From an uncultured Candidatus Binatia bacterium (GTDB lineage: Bacteria; Desulfobacterota; Binatia; UBA9968; JAJDTQ01): 64,000 nt of DNA. Of the stretch, positions 57,035 through 64,000 are shown one piece after another. The stretch's first letter is position 1; every line of letters begins with the position of its first letter. The stretch spans positions 3,392,001 through 3,456,000 of the forward strand of contig OZ251459.1 in assembly GCA_965242525.1 (NCBI GenBank), read 5' to 3'. Under the pieces are notes generated by a model. That model saw only the letters and a list, made by a program, of their open reading frames with translations, had not been told where the DNA came from and did not search any database. The translations under genes were made by a program, and so were the position numbers.

Positions 57035-58147
57035 TCAGAACTCCAGCGAAAGCAGGCCGGCCACGACCTTGTCGCTGCCGCCGGCTCCGCCCGCGGCGAT
57101 GCCGTAGTGCTCGTCCCGGCGCCATTCCAGCGAGAGGCCCACCTGCTCCGCCAACTCCAGCGAGAGTCCGGCGAGCAAACGGCTCTTGGGCAGGCCCAGG
57201 TCGAACCCGTCGCCCAACGCCTTGTCCGTCGCCTGGTAGCCGAACGCGACGGTGAGCGGCTTGCCCAGGACGTCCAGGCCGTAGGCCGCCTCCACCTGCC
57301 AGCTCGACGGCTTCGAACCCGCGACCTCTTCCAGCGAACCCACGTATTCCCCCAGCAGCGAGGCGCCGCCGAAGCCCAGGGAGACGCTGGCGGTCCATCC
57401 CGGCAGCTCCTCGGAGAGCTCGGCGTCCACGACGCTGTCCGAAAGGATCTCGTTGATGTACGAGAAGTTGACGCCCAGGGACGCGGAACCCGGAAGGCCC
57501 AGGTCATCGAGGCCGAAGCCTGCCGCCGCGCCGAAGTTGTCCAGTTCGCCGCTCGTCCCGTGCAGGCCGAAGACGGACCCGGTGAACCCCCCCGATGACA
57601 ACTCGACCATCAGGGCGGTATCCCCGGTTTCCGCGAAATCGAGGGTGAGCGGGTCCGAGACCAGGTTGGTCTCGTAAACGCCGAACGGCAACGTCAGCTT
57701 TCCCGCCGTCACGGACAAGAGGCCGTCCGGCGCCGCGAAGGTCACGGCGGCGGTGTCCACGTCCACCTTCTCCGCGTCCCCGTCGTAGGCAAGCACCAGC
57801 TCGCTGCCCACCCAGTCGTTCACCGAGGCCGCGATGGCGACCTCCGCTTTGGCCACCGAGGCGCTGGACGTGCTCGACTCCCCGGACGGCTGTTCGTGGA
57901 CCGCCTCCACCTCCAGGACGCCCCCCACCTCCACTCCGTTGACCCAGGAGGACTCCCGTCCCCCGGCCAGCTCGGCGATCTTGCGGTCTTTCTCCACGAT
58001 GACCCGGTCCTGGGCGGCTACCCGCTCCTCCAGGTACCGGATCCGTTTCTCCATGGCGGCGAGGCGCTCCTCGACGGACTGCGCCCACGCCGGCGGAACG
58101 CTGGCGAGCGCAACCGCGCCCGCCAGCATCAATGCCCTGAATTTCAT
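57035..58147 (-). CDS. Outer-membrane porin (LbtU-like)
   Basis: Signal peptide, N-terminal coiled coil, 'GGVLEVEA', 'LPFGVYETNLVSDPLTL', C-terminal 'LSLEF'. Confidence 0.8.
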   Translation of the reverse strand: MKFRALMLAGAVALASVPPAWAQSVEERLAAMEKRIRYLEERVAAQDRVIVEKDRKIAELAGGRESSWVNGVEVGGVLEVEAVHEQPSGESSTSSASVAKAEVAIAASVNDWVGSELVLAYDGDAEKVDVDTAAVTFAAPDGLLSVTAGKLTLPFGVYETNLVSDPLTLDFAETGDTALMVELSSGGFTGSVFGLHGTSGELDNFGAAAGFGLDDLGLPGSASLGVNFSYINEILSDSVVDAELSEELPGWTASVSLGFGGASLLGEYVGSLEEVAGSKPSSWQVEAAYGLDVLGKPLTVAFGYQATDKALGDGFDLGLPKSRLLAGLSLELAEQVGLSLEWRRDEHYGIAAGGAGGSDKVVAGLLSLEF

Positions 58148-58184
58148 GGGTGTCGTTCTCCTTCTCCCGTTGACGGATTCGGCG

Positions 58185-59219
58185 CTAGGGAATGCCCACG
58201 CGGTCGAAGATCCTGATGGCCGCGGCGCGGTTCCTGGCGACCTTGACCATGTCGATGTCGTCGGCCTTGAACCTGCCCCAGGACTCCACCAAGCCGGACC
58301 AGGGCACGCCGGGCTTCACCGGGTACTCGAAGTTCTGCTCCGCGTACATCTTCTGGGCCAGGTCGTCGCTCAGGAACTCCAGCAGCTTGACGGCGTTCTC
58401 CTTGCGCGCCGAGTGCCTGGTGACGCCGGCGCCGCTGACGTTCATGTGGGCGCCGCGGCCGTCCTGGTTGGGAAAGAACACGAACACGGACTCCGCCCAC
58501 CCGATCTGCTTCTCGTTGGTGAGCATCTTGCCCATGTAGTAGGAGTTGCCGAGGGAGATGTCGCACTCGCCCGCGAATATGGCCTTGACCTGGGCCCGGT
58601 CGTTGCCCTGGGGCTTGCGCGCCAGGTTGGCCTTCAACCCCTTTGCCCATTCCTCGGCCTTGGCCTCGCCGTCGTGGGCCACCAGGGAAGCCAGCAGCGC
58701 CACGTTATAGACGTGCTGCGACGAGCGGATGCAGATGCGGCCCTTCCACTTGGGGTCGGCCAGGGCCTCGTAGGTGGAGAGGTCGCTCGGCTTCACCCTC
58801 TCCCGGGAGGCATAGACGATGCGCGCGCGCCTCGTGAGCCCGTACCACAGGCCCGCGGGGTCCCGGTCCGAGGAGGGGACGTTGGCGGTGAGCTTCTTCG
58901 TCTTCACCGGCTGCAGGACGCCGGCTTCCACCGCGTCGTTGATGCGCCCGATGTCCACCGTCAGGATGACGTCGGCCGGACTGTTCCTGCCTTCCTGCTT
59001 CAGGCGCGCGATCATCCCCTTGGGCGCATAAACCACGTTGGTCTTGACCCCGGTCTGGTGGGTGAAGGCGTTCAGCATCGGCTTGATGAGGAACGGCTGC
59101 CGGTAGGAATAGATGTTGACCTCGCCGTCGGCGAAGGCGGTCGCCGTGACCCCCATGCACAGGCCGAGGACCGCGGCCAGTCGCCCGATGGTCCCGAACT
59201 TCATGGCTCTTACTCTCAT
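58185..59219 (-). CDS. Fe(III) ABC transporter substrate-binding protein (FutA/FbpA family)
   Basis: 'VNIYSYRQ', 'EGRNSPAD', 'GLTRRAR', 'ICIRS', 'GNDRAQ', 'NSYY', 'NVSG', 'NFEYPV'. Confidence 0.93.
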   Translation of the reverse strand: MRVRAMKFGTIGRLAAVLGLCMGVTATAFADGEVNIYSYRQPFLIKPMLNAFTHQTGVKTNVVYAPKGMIARLKQEGRNSPADVILTVDIGRINDAVEAGVLQPVKTKKLTANVPSSDRDPAGLWYGLTRRARIVYASRERVKPSDLSTYEALADPKWKGRICIRSSQHVYNVALLASLVAHDGEAKAEEWAKGLKANLARKPQGNDRAQVKAIFAGECDISLGNSYYMGKMLTNEKQIGWAESVFVFFPNQDGRGAHMNVSGAGVTRHSARKENAVKLLEFLSDDLAQKMYAEQNFEYPVKPGVPWSGLVESWGRFKADDIDMVKVARNRAAAIRIFDRVGIP

Positions 59220-59285
59220 CGTATGGTCTCCCTTCACAGGATATTTGCAGCCTGCATACTTCATTATTAGCGGCGATGCAATACT

Positions 59286-59304
59286 TGAAGTTAGACTAAA
59301 CGAA
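59286..59304. promoter_or_regulatory. Candidate DtxR/IdeR box
   Basis: TGAAGTTAGACTAAACGAA matches TTAGGTTAGGCTAACCTAA at 14/19 positions; it lies in the divergent futA/ABC intergenic region. Confidence 0.55.
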
Positions 59305-59460
59305 AAAATTTCCTATAAAGGAACGGAGCCGGCGGCCGGCCCCGCATGGGGCGCGGCGCTCCCCGGGTTCGTCGCCGGGGGCTTCCGATGCTAAGGTCCT
59401 GTCCGACGCCCGCGCCTCACGGACGGGGCCGCGGGAGGAAAACAGGGGGCAAGGTTCCGC

Positions 59461-62400
59461 ATGTACCTGGATCGACGACTGCTGACCCACACCCGCGGGG
59501 TGCGCCTGCGCATCGCCGGGGCCGCCTTCCTCGGCCTCTGCGCCGTGGCCGCAGGCATCTCGCGTCTGGCCTTCTCCGGGCTGGTCATCGCCGGCGTCCT
59601 CACCGGCGCCGCCTTCTCGTCGCTGCTTCCCTACCTGGCCGCGGTGGCCGGGTTCATCGCCCTGCGGGCGCTGTTCCAGTACCTGCGGGACATGGTGGGA
59701 CAGGAGACCGCGGCCCGGGTGAAGGCCGGGCTGCACGACAAGTTGTACCGGCACGCCCTGGACCTGGGCCCCGGACACTTCGACCGGGAGCGCACCGGCG
59801 ACGTGCTGGTGTCCCTGGGCGAGGGGGTGGAGCGGCTCCAGGTCTTCTACGGCCAGTTCCTGCCGCAGATGGCGGTGGCTGGGGTCGCGCCGGTGCTGGT
59901 CTTCTTCCTCATGGCTTCCTTCGACGTGGTCATCGGGCTGATCTTCGTGGCCTTCGCCCTGCTCACGCTCATGGCCACGCCGCTGTTCCTGCTGTTCACC
60001 GAGGAGAGCAGCAAGCGCCGGCGCCTTTCCTACGGGGCCTTCAGCGCCGACTTCCTGGACAGCGTCCAGGGCATCGCCACCCTCAAGATCTTCGGCCGGA
60101 GCCGCAGCCAGGGGGAGACCCTGGCGTCCCGGGCGCGCCACCTCTACCGCACCACCATGGGCGTGCTGGCGGTGAACATGGTCTCCGTGGGCGTCACCAC
60201 CTTCGGCATCCTGGGGGGCACGGCCTGCGCCGTGGGCTGGGGCGCCCTCAAGGTGAGCGCCGGCGAGCTGGAGGTGCGCTCGCTGATCGTGATCCTGATC
60301 ATGGGCGCGGAGATCTTCCGCCCCATGCGGGAGCTGATGGTCCTCTACCACCAGGGCATCAACGCCATGGCCGCGGCCGAGGGCATCTTCGCCTTGCTGG
60401 AGACCCCGGCCGCAGTGCGCGATCCCGCGCCGGCCGAAGCCGCGGCGGAGGCCGCCTTCAAGCCCGAGGTCCGCTTCGAGGGGGTGGGCTTCACCTACCC
60501 CCAGGGCAGCCGGCCCGCGCTCCGGGACGTGTCGCTGGAGTTGCGCGCGGGCGAGAAGCTCGGGGTCGTGGGCCCCAGTGGAGCGGGCAAATCGACCCTG
60601 GTGTCGCTGATGCTGCGCTTCGCCGACCCCGGGCAGGGGCGCTTGCTGCTGGGCGGCCGGGACGTCCGCTCCATCCCCCTCCGGGTCCTGCGCCGGCACG
60701 TCGCGGTGGTGGCCCAGGACACCTACCTGTTCTACGGCACCATCGCGGACAACCTGCGCATGGCCAAGCCCGAAGCCGCCCCGGAGGAGTTGGAGCGGGC
60801 CGCCCGGGCGGCCAACGTGCACGACTTCATCGCCGGGCTCCCGCAGGGGTACGAGACCGTGGTGGGCGAGCGCGGCGCCCGGCTCTCCGGCGGCGAGCGC
60901 CAGCGCATCGCCATCGCCCGGGCCATCCTCAAGGACGCCCCGATCCTGGTCCTCGACGAAGCCCTGTCCAGCGTGGACGCCCAGAGCGAGGCGGTGATCA
61001 ACGAGGCCCTGCGGAAGCTCATGGAGGGGCGCACCACGCTCATCATCGCGCACCGCCTGTCCAGCGTCATCCACGCGGACCGCATCCTGGTGCTGGAGCG
61101 GGGCCAAGTGGTGGAGACCGGCAGCCACCGGGCGCTCATCGAGGGCGGCGGAACCTACGCGCGGCTCATGGCCGCCCAGGCCAGGGAGAGCGGCGCGGAG
61201 GCCCTGGCCGAGCGCGAGGCCCCGGTTGCGGACGCCGGGGCCGAGCCCGCCGAACCCGTGGAAGCGCCGGCGGCGCGGACCGCGGACGCCGGGGCGGAGC
61301 CGCTCCCGGCCTTCACCGTGCTGCGGCGGCTGGCGGCGCTGGTGCGGCCGTTCCGGCGCAAGCTCGCGGTGTCGTTCTCCGCGGGCGTGCTGTTCCAGGC
61401 TTCGGTGGTGGGCGCGGGCGCGGCCGGCGCGCTGCTGGTGGGCCAGCTCGTCCGGGGCGAGGACCTGGCCTTCCACCTGGCGCTGCTGGCGTCCATGGTG
61501 GGGATCGCGTCCGTGCTCTCCTGGGCGGACTGCTGGCTGCCCCACGACCTCGCCTACCAGCTCCTGGCCGAGATGCGCATCGACTTCTACGACACCCTGG
61601 ACCCGCTGGCGCCGGCCTACCTGACCCGGCGCCGCTCCGGCGACCTGGTGAGCATCGCCGGCGCCGACGTGGAGACCGTGGAGCTCTTCTTCGCCCACAC
61701 CATCACCCCGGCGTTCATCGCGGTGGTGGTCCCCGCGGGCATCCTCACCGTGCTGGGGTTCGTGGGCTGGCCGCTGATGCTGGCCCTGGCCCCGTTCCTC
61801 GTGCTCCTGGCCCTGTCGCCGTTCCTCGCCCAGAAGCGTTCGGACCGGCTGGGGGGCGCGGTGCGCCGGGAGCTGGGGCAACTCAACGCCCACCTGGTGG
61901 ACAGCGTCCAGGGGATGCGCGAGGTGCTCTCCTTCGGCCATGAGGAGCAGCGGACCGGGTCCGTGCTGGCCCGGAGCCTGCGGCTCGCCAAAGCCCAACT
62001 CGCCTTCCACAGGGACCAGGCGCTCCAGGCCAGCTTCAACGAGGCGGTGACCGGCATCGGCGCCCTGGCGGTGCTCGCCACGGGGGTATGGCTGGTGGGC
62101 CAGCTCCAGATGGACCGGGCGCTGCTGCCGCTGGCCACCGTGCTCGCCCTGCTGGCCTTCGGGCCGGTGACCGACGTGGCCCGCACGGTCAAGGAGCTGA
62201 TGGAGACGCTGGAGTCGGGCCGGCGCGTGTTCGAGGTCAAGGACGAGCCCGTGCCGGTGCGGGACGGGGCCGGCGCGCCGGCCCTGTCGGCCAACGGCGG
62301 CGGCCCGCCGGCCATCCGCTTCGACCGCGTGAGCTTCGGCTACGGCCCGGGCCAAGGCTTGGCGCTGCGGGACGTATGCCTGGACGTGGAGCCGGGGCAG

Positions 62401-63066
62401 ACCGTGGCCCTGGTGGGTCCCTCGGGCGCCGGCAAGACCACCTGCGCCCACCTTCTGCTGCGCTTCTGGGACCCCGCGGCCGGCGCGGTGACGCTGGCGG
62501 GCCGGGACCTCCGGGACTTCACCCTGGACCGCCTGCGGGCGCAGGTCTCGCTGGTGTCCCAGGACACCTACCTGTTCCACACCACCCTGCGCGACAACAT
62601 CCGCCTGGGCCGGCCCGACGCGCCCCCGGACGCGGTGGAGGAAGCCGCGAGGCTGGCCCACATCCACGGCTTCATCGCCCGGCTCCCCGCGGGCTACGAC
62701 ACGGTGGCGGGGGAGCGCGGGGTGCAGCTTTCCGGCGGCCAGCGGCAGCGCCTGGCCATCGCCCGGGCGCTGCTCAAGGACGCCCCCGTGCTGGTGCTCG
62801 ACGAGGCCACCTCGCACCTGGACGCCATCAACGAGGAACTGATCCACCAGGCGCTGGCCCGGTTGGTGCGGGGCCGCACCACCCTGGTCATCGCCCACCG
62901 GCTCTCCACCATCCGGGACGCCGACCGCATCGTCGTGCTGGACTCCGGCGCCGTGGCCGAGCAGGGCGCCCACGACGAACTGCTCCGGGCCAACGGCCTG
63001 TACGCCAACCTGGTCATGACCCAGCTCGTCAGCGCCGGCGCGCCGGACCGGACCGGGGAAGGGTAG
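59461..63066 (+). CDS. Fused exporter-fold ABC transporter (TMD-NBD-TMD-NBD; CydDC/IrtAB-like)
   Basis: Two TMDs and two NBDs ([17 protein letters not shown]; [18 protein letters not shown]). Confidence 0.9.
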   Translation: MYLDRRLLTHTRGVRLRIAGAAFLGLCAVAAGISRLAFSGLVIAGVLTGAAFSSLLPYLAAVAGFIALRALFQYLRDMVGQETAARVKAGLHDKLYRHALDLGPGHFDRERTGDVLVSLGEGVERLQVFYGQFLPQMAVAGVAPVLVFFLMASFDVVIGLIFVAFALLTLMATPLFLLFTEESSKRRRLSYGAFSADFLDSVQGIATLKIFGRSRSQGETLASRARHLYRTTMGVLAVNMVSVGVTTFGILGGTACAVGWGALKVSAGELEVRSLIVILIMGAEIFRPMRELMVLYHQGINAMAAAEGIFALLETPAAVRDPAPAEAAAEAAFKPEVRFEGVGFTYPQGSRPALRDVSLELRAGEKLGVVGPSGAGKSTLVSLMLRFADPGQGRLLLGGRDVRSIPLRVLRRHVAVVAQDTYLFYGTIADNLRMAKPEAAPEELERAARAANVHDFIAGLPQGYETVVGERGARLSGGERQRIAIARAILKDAPILVLDEALSSVDAQSEAVINEALRKLMEGRTTLIIAHRLSSVIHADRILVLERGQVVETGSHRALIEGGGTYARLMAAQARESGAEALAEREAPVADAGAEPAEPVEAPAARTADAGAEPLPAFTVLRRLAALVRPFRRKLAVSFSAGVLFQASVVGAGAAGALLVGQLVRGEDLAFHLALLASMVGIASVLSWADCWLPHDLAYQLLAEMRIDFYDTLDPLAPAYLTRRRSGDLVSIAGADVETVELFFAHTITPAFIAVVVPAGILTVLGFVGWPLMLALAPFLVLLALSPFLAQKRSDRLGGAVRRELGQLNAHLVDSVQGMREVLSFGHEEQRTGSVLARSLRLAKAQLAFHRDQALQASFNEAVTGIGALAVLATGVWLVGQLQMDRALLPLATVLALLAFGPVTDVARTVKELMETLESGRRVFEVKDEPVPVRDGAGAPALSANGGGPPAIRFDRVSFGYGPGQGLALRDVCLDVEPGQTVALVGPSGAGKTTCAHLLLRFWDPAAGAVTLAGRDLRDFTLDRLRAQVSLVSQDTYLFHTTLRDNIRLGRPDAPPDAVEEAARLAHIHGFIARLPAGYDTVAGERGVQLSGGQRQRLAIARALLKDAPVLVLDEATSHLDAINEELIHQALARLVRGRTTLVIAHRLSTIRDADRIVVLDSGAVAEQGAHDELLRANGLYANLVMTQLVSAGAPDRTGEG

Positions 63067-63301
63067 GGGAACCGGGGCAGGGAGGCATGAGCGCGTCCTT
63101 CGACTCCGCTTCGCTACGCTCAGGACGAACGGAGATACGGGGATATGAAAGGTCTTGGAGCAGGCGCCAATCGACAGGAAGGGAACCGGGGGGAAGGACC
63201 TGTAACAGGGGCGGCTACCGCGCTATCATGGCGAAACTCTGAACAATTACCCCGTTCGTCCTGAGCGTAGCGTAGCGAAGTCGAAGGACGCGCTTGTCTC
63301 T

Positions 63302-64000
63302 ATGGTTCCGATGTTCTTCAACGCGAAACTGGCCCGGGTATTGTGGGCGGGGGCGCTCCTCGCGCTGCCCGTCCACGCGCACGCGGTGCGGGTGGTCACC
63401 ACCGTGGCCCCGGTCACCAGCATGGTGGAGAACGTGGTAGGGAGCCGCGCGCGGGTGACCGGCATCGTGCCCGAAGGGGTGAACTCCCACACCTTCCGGC
63501 CGGTCCCGTCCGACGCCCGGACCCTGGCCGAGGCCGACCTCATCGTCCTGAACGGCCTCCACCTGGAAATCCCGGTCCTCAAGCTGGCCCGGGCCAACAA
63601 GCGGCCGGCCGCGCCCATACTGCTGCTCGCCGACCGCACCGTGACCGAGCGCGAACACGTTTACGGCTTCGCCTTCCCCAGGGAGCGGGGACACCCCAAC
63701 CCGCACCTCTGGCTCGACCCGGTCCACGCCATGAGCTACGCCCGTCTGGCGCGCGACGCGCTGGCCGCCATCGACCCCGCGGGGCGGCCGGTTTACCACG
63801 CCAACGCCGAACGCTACCTGGAGCAGTTGCGGGCGCTGGACTCGGCCATCGCCGCGGCGGTGGCCACCGTGCCGGCCGGGAACCGCCGGCTCCTGACCTA
63901 CCACGACTCGTGGCCCTACTTCGCCAAACGTTACGGGTTCACGGTCGTCGGCGCGGTGCAGCCCGCGAACTTCTCCGAGCCGAGCCCGCGGGAAGTGGCC
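63302..64000 (+). CDS. Zn/Mn ABC substrate-binding protein (partial, runs off the window)
   Basis: Hand translation: signal peptide, 'VRVVTTVAP', 'VPEGVNSHTFRP.PSD', 'NGLHLE', 'PNPHLWLDP', 'TYHDSWPYFA'. Absent from the ORF track because it has no stop in the window. Confidence 0.88.
   Translation, partial: MVPMFFNAKLARVLWAGALLALPVHAHAVRVVTTVAPVTSMVENVVGSRARVTGIVPEGVNSHTFRPVPSDARTLAEADLIVLNGLHLEIPVLKLARANKRPAAPILLLADRTVTEREHVYGFAFPRERGHPNPHLWLDPVHAMSYARLARDALAAIDPAGRPVYHANAERYLEQLRALDSAIAAAVATVPAGNRRLLTYHDSWPYFAKRYGFTVVGAVQPANFSEPSPREVA

Noticed and set aside
59296-62973. 1225-aa minus-strand ORF and other long antisense ORFs (e.g. 9500..11719, 12791..14857, 43081..44769, 55757..57598)
   Set aside because: These are shadow frames of well-supported genes in high-GC DNA, with no domain motifs.

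Overview
High-GC bacterial chromosomal window. The gene content and repeat families suggest a deltaproteobacterial/Binatia-like, possibly host-associated genome, but this is inference only. It carries housekeeping and catabolic genes (holA, thiSGE, tRNA-Thr(CGT), hydantoinase A/B, a molybdo-hydroxylase large subunit, uup, msrA, UbiD, SCO), a Zn ABC transporter, and a ~17 kb iron/metal cluster (DtxR-family regulator, bfr, DHOR-imelysin-DUF1513, a decaying hmuUV, irpA, porin, FutA-like protein, fused ABC transporter). Two families of intergenic palindromic repeats are abundant, one carried inside a MITE with terminal inverted repeats and 4-bp target duplications. The most notable feature is an accessory, defence-like island next to msrA (about 23.4-32.5 kb). 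It ends in a tight three-gene operon: (i) an HhH-DEDD exonuclease-DUF429 nuclease-P-loop kinase fusion, (ii) an adenylosuccinate-synthetase homologue with PurZ/PurZ0 (2-aminoadenine pathway) signature residues instead of PurA ones, and (iii) a dCTP-deaminase/dUTPase-fold protein that lacks the deaminase catalytic residues and is fused to a transmembrane helix. No phage genes are nearby. I propose this as a candidate Z-nucleotide-based immunity or signalling system. A UGA-interrupted thioredoxin (UxxC plus a SECIS-like hairpin) and several unannotated gene relics were also found. All motif comparisons were made by eye from recalled family consensus and need confirmation by alignment.
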